Below, piece after piece: positions 49,225 to 64,000 of a DNA stretch of 64,000 nucleotides. The stretch covers positions 113,398,001-113,462,000 of the forward strand of contig NC_043002.1 in the NCBI RefSeq assembly GCF_006345805.1. The letters are read 5' to 3'. The position numbers were made by a program, and so were the translations under genes. The notes beneath the pieces are model-generated. The model made no database searches. It was not told the DNA's origin and worked only from the letters and a program-made list of their open reading frames with translations. How positions within the stretch are numbered: the first letter of the stretch is position 1; the number at the start of each line of letters is the position of its first letter. Source of the DNA: Octopus sinensis. Lineage: Eukaryota.

Positions 49225-49637
49225 CATTATTACACAGTTGTTAAGTACTCATGTTTCTGTTTGGACTAACATCATAGAGTTACTATATAAGTAATGCGTT
49301 TTCATCTAAAATGTATATTTATCATTGATGGTACAAACTGACGTTCTTATAAATATCAAAATAACATTCATCCCATATAATGTTATTCTATACTCTAACA
49401 ACAGCCAAAGATCATTAGGAATGCCTAGTTGCCTAGAGGTCATTAACCGCCGATCCCTAGGCCTTTTGACCTCTGTCCGAAATACCCAATAATGACAAAA
49501 TCGCAGGTTGCACTCACAAGCATAGAGGAACATACAGCTCTGAAAGCTAATCTACGTCTACAAATAACTGACACTTTTTCTAATATTGTGCCACATGTAT
49601 GAAGCTTCAGCGTTTATTTAGATATATGCTTACCTAA

Positions 49638-49862
49638 GGCGGCGTGCTGGCAGACTCGTTAGCGGGCCGGGCGAAATGCTTAGCGGTATCTCGTCTGTCG
49701 TTACGTTCTGAGTTCAAATTCCGCCGAGGTCCACTTTACTTTTCATCCTTTCGTGGTCGATAAATAAAGTACCAGTTTCGCACTGGAGGGAGGGGTCGAT
49801 GTAACCGACTTAATCCCTTTGTCTGTCCTTGTTTGTCTCCCCTTGTGGGCAATAAAGAAATA
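49638..49862 (+). mobile_element. SINE family C, full length
   Basis: tRNA-like head, central domain, CCCCTTGTGGGCAATAAAGAAAT tail. Confidence 0.88.
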
Positions 49863-50450
49863 ACTACTGGCAAATAACTTTCTAAAACAGTCGATCCAAA
49901 GTGGAGAGTGCTACGTGTTTACTTCACCTGCTAGAGGAATAGTAATTATCGGTGTATAAGACTCATTTTTTCTTAATACTAAAGAAAAGCCTCGTGTCTA
50001 ATACTTCTGTATTACGGATGAGACCAAACACCATAAGCTAGGGATCTGAATAAATCTGCTTTGTATAATAATTGTTCCTCACAGTATTGATTTCAAATTT
50101 TGATACAAGGGCAACAATTTAGGGGAAAGGGGTAAATCAATTACATCCGACCCTAGTGCACAACTGGTACTCTTTTATCGACACCGAAGGGTGAAAGACA
50201 AAGTCGAGCACGGCGGAATGTGAACTCAGAACTGAAAGACAGATGAAATGCCGGATGAAAAGTAAAGTTAATCACGGCAGGATTTAAATTCAGGTTGAAC
50301 TGTCGATAGCGGTGAATATTCTGTAGTACTGTCAACCATGACCATCTCGTGCTTTTAGGGATCTGTAAGATGACACGCGTCTTTTTCTTTGAAGTCGGTA
50401 TAACGTGACTCTGGCGATATTTGACTGCTTTTCTAGAGTCTATGAAATCA

Positions 50451-50834
50451 TGGAAGCACTCCGTCGGTTACGACGACGAGTGTTCCGGTTGATCCGATCA
50501 ACAGAACAGCCTGCTCGTGAAATTAACGTGTAAGTGGCTGAGCACTCCACAGACACGTGTACCCTTAACGTAGTTCTCGGGGATATTCAGCGTGACACAA
50601 AGAGTGACAAGGCCGGCCCTTTGAAATACAGGCACAACAGAAACAGGAAGTAAGAGTGAGAGAAAGTTGTGGTGAAAGAGTACAGCAGGGATCACCACCA
50701 TCCCCTGCCGGAGCCTCGTGGAGCTTTAGGTGTTTTCGCTCAATAAACACTCACAACGCCCGGTCTGGGAATCGAAACCGCGATCCTACGACCGCGAGTC
50801 CGCTGCCCTAACCACTGGGCCATTGCGCCTCCAC
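50451..50834 (-). mobile_element. Full-length SINE family B with 11-bp TSD (one mismatch)
   Basis: Near-identical to 43064-43449; CTATGAAATCA / CTATGAGATCA flanks. Confidence 0.92.
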
Positions 50835-51113
50835 CTATGAGATCAAAGGCGCTCTTTCACAGTCTCGGCTTCTGGGAGTCTTCTACTTCTACTGCGTCAC
50901 TTTCTTTTAACACAATAGCAATTATATATGGATTTAGCAGAAAAAACATACCCTGAAATACACGATATTCAGCGAATGAAAACATTTCTTTGCAATAACC
51001 CATTGCCAACTTAACAACCTATCTATCTATTTATCTATCCATCTGCCTATCTATATATGTAGCTACCTGTGTATGCGTGCATGTGTGTGTTTGTGTCCAT
51101 ATGATGCAAAGAT

Positions 51114-51176
<63 letters not shown>

Positions 51177-51235
51177 GGATAGATAGATAGATAGATAGAT
51201 AGATAGAAGATAGATAGATAGATAGATAGATAGAT

Positions 51236-51330
<95 letters not shown>

Positions 51331-51344
51331 GATAGATAGATAGA

Positions 51345-51660
51345 TATGTTTCTTTATTAGCCACACAGGGCTGCACACAGACAGAACAAATTACAAGGTA
51401 GAGCTTTTCTTTTGGGGGTAAAAAAAAGGGGGTTGGTTTTCGATCAAAAGGAATCGTAAAAGGAAAGAAAGGGGACAAAAAAGGGGAGGATTTAAAAAAA
51501 AGGGGGCGAGAAAAGGGGAGAGGAAAAAAAAGTTGATCAATAGGGATCGTAATCACAGAAATGTCAATATGAAGTGTAAAGGGGAGGACAGGTGAGGTTT
51601 ACCCGTGGAAGGAAAAGCCTACGGAAAAGACCAGGGTAACCTCGGTCAATGAAGTCACAG
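51345..51660 (-). mobile_element. Probable LINE 3' UTR inserted in (GATA)n
   Basis: Ends GCCCTGTGTGGCTAATAAAGAAAC; (GATA)n on both sides; pyrimidine-rich sense strand. Confidence 0.55.
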
Positions 51661-51678
51661 ATAGAAAGAAAGATACTT

Positions 51679-51783
<105 letters not shown>

Positions 51784-52639
51784 GATAGAGATTGATTTAT
51801 GAATGTGTGCATGCATGCATGTATGCATGCATACACACACAGACACACACACACAACAGACAGATAAATAGACAGGCAAACAGACATTGCCATTCTAGGC
51901 TTAAAGGAATAGCATTTCGCAAATTTAGAATAATAAAGCTATTTGTTTCATGACCTGTAGTTATTTGATGCTTCTGGTGTATCTCGTAACACTATTTATG
52001 TAATTCACTATCTAATAGGCCTTAACAACTACTCCTGTATAACCAAGCCATATTATGTATCATGGCAAATAAGCTTCAAATCATTTTGCTGGTGCCTGAA
52101 AAGGTCACTGGAAGAATTATACACAAAAGTTACCAATCCTTTATTCCCCAGTTTACATCGAGTATACAACAACGAAATAAATTCCTTTTTTCGGTGAAAA
52201 GTATCTGATCTGCGTCAGCTGTAGGTTCGTTTGTAAGTTACGCAAACTTCAATAAGAATGGAATGTAATCTGCCCTGGTTGTATCTTTAAATCCTTATTT
52301 TATTGTAAAGAATCATAAAGAGTGAGAGAGACACTTGGTAAATGTAGGCCACGATTTAATTCACTTTAACGCTAACCTCGTGTATAAAATGTTATATTCC
52401 AGAAGAAACAAAAGCAAATTAGATGGCACAAGCGAACAGAACTGAACATATATTTTCCATCAGTGATAATAAAGTAAATCTAATATGGTGAATAGATGTG
52501 AGAGTCAACTGTTATTTGAAATTATTGACCTTGTTTTTTGAAACTCGGGTATGACTGAGAAAAAAGATTGCGTATGTATGTGTATGAATATTTGTGTATG
52601 TGTGGGTGTTTGTTTGTGTGTATGTATGTGAGCGTGTGC

Positions 52640-52674
<35 letters not shown>

Positions 52675-53115
52675 CATGTGTGTGTGAATACACGTGGGCT
52701 AGGGGTTAAACTGTTCCGCTCACGATCACGTGAGTGTGGTTTCGATCCCCAGAGAGGTTGTGGGTTGTGCAAATGTGCAAAACACTTCAATTTACCTGTA
52801 GAAGAAGATTGCAATAGAGTAACAGTGGGACAGAAACCAAATCCGCGCAGCCATATATTATTCATATGTTCGTTTGGAATTGGTAATTGCGTTTCTCTTC
52901 ACACCCAGAAACACAGAGCAGCAACGGAATGAATCATTATCTTTGAAAAGCAAGTAAACTCTTTCTACATACCTTGTTCGAGACACTTCCTCCGGTGGTG
53001 GTGGTGGTGGTGGTGGTGGTGGTGGGTGGTGGCGGTAGCGGCGGCGGTGGTGAATGTTTGTATGTACCTATAAATATACTTGCAAGCATATACAAATATG
53101 TATATATATATATAT

Positions 53116-53477
53116 ACTCTTTTACTTGTTTCAGTCATTTGACTGCTGCCATGCTGGAGCACCGCCTTTAGTCGAGCAACTCGACCCCGGGACTTATTCT
53201 TTTGTAAGCCCAGTACTTATTCTATCGGTCACTTTTGCCGAACCGCTAAGTAACGGAGACATAAACACACCAGCATCGGTTGTCAAGCAATGCTAGGGGA
53301 CAAACACAGACACACAAACACACACACGCCAGTTTCCGTCTACCAAATCCACTCAAGGCTTTGGTCGGCCCGAGGCTATAGTAGAAGACACTTGCCCAAG
53401 GTGCCACGCAGTGCGACTGAACCCGGAACCATGTGGTTGGTAAACAAGCTACTTACCACACAGCCACTCCTGTGCCT
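53116..53477 (-). mobile_element. SINE family A
   Basis: Match with an internal deletion. Confidence 0.88.
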
Positions 53478-53540
53478 TATAGTAGCATAATTATAAATAT
53501 ATGTAATTATACATGTTACATATATACATTATACATGTAG

Positions 53541-53578
<38 letters not shown>

Positions 53579-53653
53579 GTAGACAGACAGACAGACAGAA
53601 AGGCAGGCAGGCAGGCAAACAGACAGACAGACGGACGGACGGACGGACGGACG

Positions 53654-53747
<94 letters not shown>

Positions 53748-53793
53748 CAGGTAGGCAGGTAGGCAGGTAGGCAGACCGACAGGCCGACAGACC

Positions 53794-54960
<1,167 letters not shown>

Positions 54961-55989
54961 ATATCTGTGTGTGTCTTTCTTGTCTATGTTTGTCTCCTAC
55001 CATCGCTTAGCCGATCAAATAAGTACCAGTTGAACACTGGGGTCGATATTTATCCATAAAAAAAGGATGTTGATTACATAATGTCACAATGAAATCATTT
55101 TCTGAAAAATATACTGGAACGAACATTTCCAAAATACTGGATTTTCTCTTTTTTCTTCTATACAAAGCTGAAAATTTATGAGATGAGGTAATCGTAGAAG
55201 AAAGAGAGGAGTAGAATGCGAGTAAATAGCGTCAGTACAGTTAATGAACAGACAAATACATCGGTATTTCCAATGTAAATTTGGCAAAAGTGATACAGCT
55301 AGTTGTGTAAGCCATTTTCACGAAATTATTTCATATATTAAAAAAAAAAATTATTTATGGGCATCTGACCGACAGTCTGTAGGGAAGTGTTACAGTCGAT
55401 TGAATTAAACTCAGAACTTGGCTGAAGGATGGATAGAATCTTAGTGGGAACTGGATTCAGAAAGCGAATAGTTCGGTTAATTAAGCGCTTTGATTTTTAC
55501 TTCTTTATTGAAAATTACAGCGATTTCATGCATTTATATCACTTTTTATGTGAGAATATTCTTGAATATACAATTCTTTTTCTGTAAGTGAAGGAACAGT
55601 TTGAGGCAAAGATAGCCGCACCCATCTCCTGTATATATAAATTACTAGTGAATTTGACTACATAGTATTTTTCCAACACCTTTTTTTATGCTGACACTAA
55701 CAGCATGTAGAATCAAATTTCAAATTCTATTGTTGTTTGCAAGATTTTGATGAAGTCCTATCTTTCCTAGTCGAGGTAATGGTGGCTAATCTACCGAATT
55801 CGGATTGGGTGGAGCAATTTTTTTTAGTTTGTATTGTCTACGTAATCCTTATCGTATGTGAGTTTAGAAGTCTTACTTTGTTGGTCTCGATATCGCAATA
55901 TCTCACATCACTCTCGCAATTCTCAACAAAGCCAATACCGATATATGAGTATAGTGATACTAGATGCATGCTACCTATAAGGATTTCTG

Positions 55990-56610
55990 TCAAAGCGCAA
56001 GGTCAGCAACTTTTAAGGGGAAAAATTAGTTGATGCCATCAACCCTAATACTTGACTGATGTTTTATTTTATCGATCAGGAAAGAATAAAAAGCAAAGAT
56101 TGACGTCTGTGGAATTTGAAACCAGAAGGTAAAAAGCCAAACGAAAAACAGCATAGCATTTTGTCCAACACTTTAACGATTATGCCAGCTCGGTGAGCTG
56201 GCATGCTAAGATATTTTTTTTTGCTTGTTTCAGTCATTTGACTGCGGCCATGCCGGAGCACCGCCTTTAGTCGAGCAAATCGACCCCGGGACTTATTCTT
56301 TGTAAGCCCAGTACCTACTCTATCGTTCTCTTTTGCCGAACCGCTAAGTGACGGGGACGTAAACACACCAGCATCGGTTGTCAAGCAATACTAGAGGGAC
56401 AAACACAGACACACAAACACACACACACATATATATATATACATATATACGACAGGCTTCTTTCAGTTTCCGTCTACCAAATCCACTCACAAGGCATTGG
56501 TCGGCCCGGGGCTATAGCAGAAGACACTTGCCCAAGATGCCATGCAGTGGAACTGAACCCGGAACCATGTGGTTGGTTAGCAAGCTACTTACCACACAGC
56601 CACTCCTGCG
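55990..56610 (-). mobile_element. Diverged SINE family C (55990-56203) adjacent to SINE family A (56220-56610)
   Basis: Family motifs as above. Confidence 0.8.
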
Positions 56611-57867
56611 ACAAAATGACATTATATGTGGCATGCATGAGCGGTTTCAGTGTTGATTCTACTGAGTTGTTCCATGTCACACAATCATCAGTAAGAATTA
56701 TGATGGAAATCGCAAACAGCCAAAAGTGTAACAACTGATTCAGAGTTTGAAACAACGCGTAATCCTTCTGAATCCCAACTTCATTGTTCACAGCGGACTC
56801 GGTTTAATGTACGATACAGTGATAGCCTTTTATTATTTGGTTTAATGAAAATGACAGGGCCCACGGTTTCCGCAGACCTTCTGAAACCAAAGAGATTGAT
56901 GCTTTAGAATGTTCAGTAACATATTAAGAGACTTTTCATTTTTTCGAGAAATTACGCGTATTCTTTCATGTTACTGATATGTGTTAGTATAATCCGGGCA
57001 CAGTTCGATATTTGATCGGGATAGGCCTAAAGAAAGCACACTGTGTATCTATTTGTAATGCGCTGATTTAGCTTCCGCAGGTCATTTACGACGCCAACTC
57101 CAAGATGTTGGGTCCTGTCAATGTTTTTCCTAAACCGTGTCTAGACGTATTTTTAGTCAGTGTCAATGTTGAGTTTGTATCCCTTTCTGTCTACGGTGAA
57201 CTATCAAACACTTTGAACGGAAAACCAATTGTTAATGTTGTGTAACACCATGACAACTCTGATCCAGCAATCTTACGGCACGTAGTCACTCAGCTGAACG
57301 ATTAAGCAAGATCCACCTTTCCGGTTTTACCATGTCTTCATCTAGCACTCTGGAGTGCATTGATGAATCATTTCGGGTGAATGTGACAGTCTGTACGCGC
57401 TGAACTCTCTCCTCTGCCCGAACTATTTCTGTACACCTGCAGATTCTCCTCAACGAAAGCAACAAGGTGGACTTGGTCAGAGCATGACATCTGCAGTTCT
57501 TCAATGCTTATCCTTCATGGTGTTCTAGTACTATATTTGTAGTCAAAAAGGCTGTTGGCATTGCTTATTTTCTATGTGTATGTGCTTTATGTTTGCTTGT
57601 AGCGATTGGAAAATATAGTGTATAACGTTGTATCTTGTCATTTTGTTTAGGCCTTGGTCAACTCTGATCAAGGAAACTTATAATCAAAAGAGCTCCAGCT
57701 GCGCCCGTTTCCTCTGTTTTATATCCAAGACTACAATATTCAGTGTGTCCCTCATTATTAAGAGTAGAAGGATTTGATGGAGATTTAGTTGCTAGTTCTA
57801 TTAGATCGAGTGACCGCATGGGTACTCTCTCAAATATTATTTGTGGGTTTTGTATATATTGTTGAAT

Positions 57868-58190
57868 GTGAAGGTGCATGACTTAGTCGTTAGAGTAATC
57901 GACTCCCGATCGCAAGATCGGGAGTTCGATTCCCGGTGGCGCGCTCTATCCTTGAGCAAGACGCTTTATTTCCCGTTGTTCCAGTCCACTCAGCTAGCAA
58001 AAATGAGTTGTACTTGTAATACAAAGGGCCGGCCTTATCACATTCAGTGTCACCCTGAATCATCTTGAGAACTATGTTAAGAGTACGCGTTTCTGTGGAG
58101 TGCTCAGCCACTTGCACGTAAATTTAATGAGCAGGCTGTTCCGTTGAACGGATCAGCTGGAGCCTTCATCGTCGTAACCGACAGAGTGTC
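57868..58190 (+). mobile_element. Chimeric SINE: B2 head and central domain with the family B 3' half
   Basis: CCTTGAGCAAGACGCTTT..CCAGTCCACTCAGCT followed by GGCCGGCCTT..GTGCTCAGCCACTT..GTCGTAACCGAC. Confidence 0.8.
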
Positions 58191-58361
58191 AGTAGTAGAC
58201 ATGTGCCTGGATGTTTGGACTTGGTATTCCACTTAGTGGAGGGGCTGTAAGACTAAGATTTATTGTGCCCCTCCCATGTCTAGCCAGGCGTTCCTAAAGG
58301 ATTTATTTGTGTAGGTTGGTTGGTTTACATCTTGTTCTAATATGATGCACCACACACGGCT

Positions 58362-58775
58362 TACTCTTTTACTCTTTTACTTGTTTCAGTCATTTGACTG
58401 CGGCCATGCTAGAGCACCGCCTTTAGTCGAGCAAATCGACCCCGGAACTTATTCTTTGTAAGCCCAGTACCTATTCTATCGGTCACTTTTGCCGAACCGC
58501 TAGGTGACCGGGACGTAAACACACCAGCATCGGTTGTCAAGCAATGCTAGGGGACAAACACAGACACACAAACACACACACATACACATATATACATATA
58601 TATACATATATACGACAGGCTTCTTTCAGTTTCCGTCTACCAAATCCACTCACAAGGCATTGGTCGACCCGAGACTATAGTAGAAGACACTTGCCCAAGT
58701 GCCACGCAGTGGGACTGAACCCGGAACCATATGGCTGGTTAGCAAGCTACTTACCACACAGCCACTCCTGCGCCT
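58362..58775 (-). mobile_element. SINE family A
   Basis: Full-length match. Confidence 0.9.
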
Positions 58776-59146
58776 ATGTGTACTTTGTACTTTATTGTGA
58801 TTTACAGTGGGAAAAAATTGAGGGATCCAGGAATTACTGACATAGTTCATACAAAATTTAAGATATTTTTTCTACATCATTTTGTTGTCTTTTCCATTTG
58901 ACCAAATATTTCTGTGATTTCGCTGACTGCATTTGTGCGCCATTTTACATTCTTTATTCTGTTTCTTCTAGATGTTGCGAATTTTTTGAAGGCATTGTAT
59001 GTAAATTCTTGTGTGTGTGTGTTTCTACGAAACTAATGAGTCTCTCTGCTGACGCTCAAAGTTTCTCACTTAAAGCAATCACTGAGGTAACAACTTAAAT
59101 GAATCTATTGTTAACTGAAAGGTTTCATCGACACAAAGGCAACATA

Positions 59147-59565
59147 GGTGCAGGAGTGGCTGTGTGGTAAGTAGCTTGCTAACCAACCACATGGTTCCGG
59201 GTTCAGTCTCACTGCGTGGCATCTTGGGTAAGTGTCTTCTGCTATAGCCCCGGGCCAACAAAAGCCTTGTGAGTGGATTTGGTAGACAGAAACTGAAAGA
59301 AGCCTGTCGTATATATGTATATATATATAAGTGTGTATGTATATGTTTGTGTGACTGTGTGTCTGTGTTTGTCCCCCTAGCATTGCTTGACAACCGATGC
59401 TGGTGTGTTTACGTCCCCGTCACTTAGTGGTTCGGCAAAAGAGACTGATAGAATAAGTACTGGGCTTACAAAGAATAAGTCCCGGTGTCGATTTGCTCGA
59501 CTAAAGGCGGTGCTCCAGCGTGGCCGCAGTCAAATGACTGAAACAAGTAAAAGAGAGTAAAAGAG
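59147..59565 (+). mobile_element. SINE family A
   Basis: Full-length match. Confidence 0.9.
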
Positions 59566-59631
59566 TATAGTGAATTACGGGTTTAGGTTCACAAAATATG
59601 CTCCACAACCAGAATAGTTTCCAGTACTCTT

Positions 59632-59860
59632 GGCGAGCTGGCAGAAACGTTAGCACGCCGGGCGAAATGCGTAGCCGTATTTCGTCTGCCGTTACGTTCT
59701 GAGTTCAAATTCAGCCGAGGTCGACTTTGCCTTTCATCCTTTCAAGGCCGATTAAATAAGTACCAGTTACACACTGGAGTCGATGTAATCGACTTGATCC
59801 GTTTGTCAGTCCTTGTTTGTCCCCTCTGTGTTTAGCCCCTTGTGGGTGGTAAAGAAATAA
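59632..59860 (+). mobile_element. SINE family C, full length
   Basis: Matches 49638-49862. Confidence 0.88.
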
Positions 59861-59949
59861 GTACTATTTCCTTTGTGAAACATGTGTGTGTATGTAACTA
59901 TACCTGTGTGTAATTATGTTTGTGTCGTTGCGTGCATATGACATATGTA

Positions 59950-60640
59950 TACAGGGTGCGATGAATAAACTGTCGTCTAAATTATGCAAAAATGAAAATA
60001 ACACTGACATCTCATTTTAACATATATTGACCAAAACTTCATCAAAATATCTTGAAATACTAAAGAGTAAATTTATTCAATAAAATCGCCATTGGCTTCA
60101 ACCATGGCCTCCAGACGACTTCGGACTCTCCTGCAACTCTTCTGGACCGTCTCCTTGTTGGAGAATGCTGTCACAAGCCTTGCTTTCAGTTCATATTTGG
60201 TGTTACAAGGAGTTTTGTTGTTCTCTCACTCAACTGCGCCCCACACATAATACTGCGGTTGCAGTCTGGGTAGTTAGGTGGCCAGATGTTAGGGGTGATG
60301 TGGTCGCAGAAATTATCTGACAGCCATGACTGGGTTCTCCCGCTTGTGTGGCATGATGCAGAGTCTTGTTTCCAGACATAATGCCTTCCAGTGTGAAGCC
60401 ATGTAGGAAGATGAATGGAGGCATAACGTCACCATCACGAATGATCACTCCAAATACCATGATGTTGACTTGATGTTTGATTTTTATCACTCACGGTATA
60501 TGTTCGTATTGGAGCTTCCGGCACGATTTCCAAGCAATACCGCATGTCGTTTCCAAATTTCTGGCAGAGTAAAATGTGTCATGGTGCTGTTTTTCTCAAA
60601 GATGGTGCCCAACTGACCCTACTATACTGTGTAGTCAACA
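59950..60640 (-). mobile_element. Deleted Tc1/mariner (maT-like) transposon
   Basis: TACAGGGTG terminus; IMVFGVIIRDGDVMPPFIF and IWPPNYPDCN..YYVWG remnants. Confidence 0.8.
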
Positions 60641-60945
60641 AAATCAACAATGTCTTCATTTGCGCATGCTTATATCTCTATGTGCGTCTATGTTTATTTA
60701 GTGCGTGTGGTCTGCTGAAAAGGAGCTAATTGAGTGTGAGTATGTAGTATAGGTAAACAACATTAAATAGCAACATTAACACACATATTATAACTATATA
60801 TAGGTACGTACATATAGTTATATATATGCTATGTTCTATTTTATTAACTTATATATATATATATTATATATATATATTATATATCCATATACTATATATA
60901 TATATATATATTATATATATATATATATAATATAATTCTATATAC

Positions 60946-60982
<37 letters not shown>

Positions 60983-61043
60983 ATATATACTATATATATA
61001 TATGATATAGATATATATATATTATATATATATATATCTATAT

Positions 61044-61142
<99 letters not shown>

Positions 61143-61316
61143 ATATATTGGAAGGTTTGGAGATGATGTACAGGTATTATATATTCCTTTGTGGGGAATT
61201 TGATCATTTTATAGAGTTTCGTAGTAGTGGGGAGGAACAAGACAGTATAAGAGGGTGAGGTGGATGAGGAGGAAGTGAGAGAGAGAACATGTGTGTATGT
61301 GTATGTGTGTGTGTGT

Positions 61317-61354
<38 letters not shown>

Positions 61355-61641
61355 TTGTATCTGAGGCTAAAGAGAAAGAGGGGAAGGGAGAGGGAAGAAG
61401 AAGAAGAAGAAGGATTTCCTTTGGCTTGCTGGACCCCCTAGGGAGTTCTAAGAATTTTAGCTCTCTGTCCATTCTGGTGTCACTGAGTGTGTGTTGGTGG
61501 GTAGGCTGGCCAGAAATTACACCTTTTGTGATTTTGGGGATGGTCAAATGTCATTTGGGGTCATACTTTGTATAATCGTTTTGTGGAGGTGTGTGTGTGT
61601 GTGTCTCTGTGTGTCCGTGTGTGTTTGTGTGCGTGTGTGTT

Positions 61642-61673
<32 letters not shown>

Positions 61674-62126
61674 CGTGTGTGTTTGGAGAAGGGGAGAGAG
61701 ACAAAAAGAGAAAAGGGAAAATAAAAATAAAAATAAATATAAAAATAAAAATAAAAATAAAAAATAAAAATAAATAAAAATAAAGAAATGGAGAAGAAAA
61801 AAATTTTTTTGTGTGTTGATATTTATACCACTACATATATATACACACAGACTTATACATAAAATATTTGAAAAAAACCTTTTATCGGTTCAAAATGAAC
61901 AACCAAATTACACCATCTTGAAAATTGTATATCATAGGAAAGTTAAAATTAAAGTGACAATTAAAAATGATTACCTCATTTCTTCTAATATATATATATA
62001 TATCAGCCGAAATTACTACGATGATCCGGTTCTTGACTGAAGACTGAGGGGTTCGAATGTCCTGTCCATGTTTATTGTATCGTCTTCTATGAGTTATACG
62101 TTCTTGTCCATGTTGTATTTTTCTAC

Positions 62127-62172
<46 letters not shown>

Positions 62173-62321
62173 ATATATATATGTATGTGTATATATAGTA
62201 TGTATGTATGTATGTATGTATGTAAGATATAAGCATGCGCAAATGAAGACATACCATAGAAATACAAAATGGCTGACGGTTAGTAAGGAGAGACACAAAT
62301 AAGAAAGAAGAAAACAAAGGA

Positions 62322-62361
62322 CCACTGATGCGGTCACAGGAGTGTGACGAAAGAACTCTGG
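62322..62361 (+). ncRNA. Type I hammerhead motif (A9C substitution) in island 62225-62485
   Basis: cca-CTGATGC-G-GTCAC aggagt GTGAC-GAAAG aa CTC-tgg; the paralog at 37832 retains A9. Confidence 0.65.
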
Positions 62362-62492
62362 CCGAAATAAGATTAAGATTAATGTAAAAAAAAAATAACA
62401 CTGAAGCAAAGTAACACCAAATATATAGTGCGTGTGTTTTTATTGGCTAAACTGGCAAAATGACCATTCCGAAGTATAACAATATATATATA

Positions 62493-62546
<54 letters not shown>

Positions 62547-62800
62547 TATAGTCATATACACACATACATACACAGCGATGGCAACACACAAATACAAAAA
62601 TGTACATAGGATGTTTCTAGAAATGTAGGTGCTACCCTGATCCCTCGGCCACTGTTACTGACAACTAAAGTTTTCCATTTTTGGTTATATATTGCGTTTG
62701 GTTACCTTCGTTATTATATATAGAAACACACACACACATATATATAGATATACATATATACACACACACTTATATATACATATATACATACATACATACA

Positions 62801-62836
<36 letters not shown>

Positions 62837-62839
62837 CAT

Positions 62840-62881
<42 letters not shown>

Positions 62882-63007
62882 ATAAATATTAGGGAATAAA
62901 TCCAAATACATATATACATACATACAATTTTTTATGCATTGGATTAAGTCTTTCTTTGTTTGATTTGCAAAATAGTGGTTTTGTCTCTAATTAATATTAT
63001 ATATATA

Positions 63008-63084
<77 letters not shown>

Positions 63085-64000
63085 ATATAGTTATAATATA
63101 TGTGTGTTAATGTTGCTATTTAATGTTGTTTACCTATACTACATACTCACACTCAATTAGCTCCTTTTCAGCAGACCAATGGCTAACCTTCCAGAAAGTT
63201 GAGTGTGAAATGAGTATGAGGTATTAATTATTCTTTCTAGCACGTTGAAAGACTGCATAAAAGCTTCGCTACTAGCTGGCGCGCGCGTGCATGTATGTAT
63301 ATATGTATGTGTGTGTTTGTGTTCTTATTGAATAATCCATTTTTCCTACTAGGCATCATCTAAGCTATGCTTTCCCCTTCCTGTCACATACAACGAAACA
63401 AATATAAACAAAATGGCATGAACAGTGCAAGTTAATATTAATCTTCTAGTGCAAGTTAATTTTAATTTTCTTTATTCAAACGACATAAATTTTCAGTAAC
63501 GTGAGAAAAATGAGGTCCCCTCTACTCAGTCTGAAATTGTCCAGATTTTGCAGTAATGTAGAGAACGAATTAGCTGCTGAAAAACGATATGAATATATGA
63601 CAGAAACAGCAATGGGGTAACATTGATAAACAGTAACAGTAACATTTTTTCTCGTAAGACATACACAAAACCGGAAAACGTCAGTAAAACATGAAAGACA
63701 AAAATAAACTAAAGAATCAGATGACACCAATGTCAGCAACACATGAAGAAATGATTAAAAGATCATTCTGATTTAGGTACAAGACCAATAATTCTAAAGG
63801 GAAGGATTAGTCGATAGCACCGTCTGCAGTATTTAACTGTATTTAACGCGAAAAAAGAAAATCCTTTACTCTATACACAAGGTGGTGACAAAATTCAAAG
63901 CAACAACAAACTACATTGAAACACTGAAATGATGAAAGAGACAAAAAACAACATGGAAGCATAACTATGCAACACACTAAAGGAGAAATGGAGAGAACAA

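Noticed and set aside
57286-57504. 72-aa ORF in unique sequence
   Set aside because: Non-ATG start, no recognisable motif and no consistent splice signals.
61410-61570. Possible further GIY-YIG remnant
   Set aside because: Similarity too weak to call without a search.
63470-63600. Possible minus-strand terminal exon with AATAAA at the stop
   Set aside because: Short, with no recognisable peptide; such signals are common by chance in AT-rich DNA.

Overview
AT-rich, repeat-dominated eukaryotic DNA with no confidently identifiable host gene. The SINE families and the density of (TA)n, (CA)n, (TACA)n, (GATA)n and (AAT)n microsatellites suggest an octopus or other cephalopod genome (inference). 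Almost all ORFs in the supplied track are microsatellite or SINE translations. The recognisable content is decayed mobile DNA: CR1, RTE, Tx1/L1-type and R4/Dong LINE fragments; Penelope-like element (PLE) GIY-YIG fragments; mariner/Tc1, hAT and Helitron elements; and at least three tRNA-derived SINE families. The most notable signal is about 17 type I hammerhead-ribozyme-like motifs (some degenerate), read by eye, from about 10 sequence families. Most sit in short islands inside (TA)n tracts, and several are in long fold-back palindromes. One set forms a head-to-tail array of about 475-bp units, each carrying a hammerhead (5221-6609), which is the architecture of a non-LTR retrozyme that could yield circular RNA. 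All folds were paired manually and no activity is shown. Scattered 1-bp indels between repeat copies suggest residual long-read errors.
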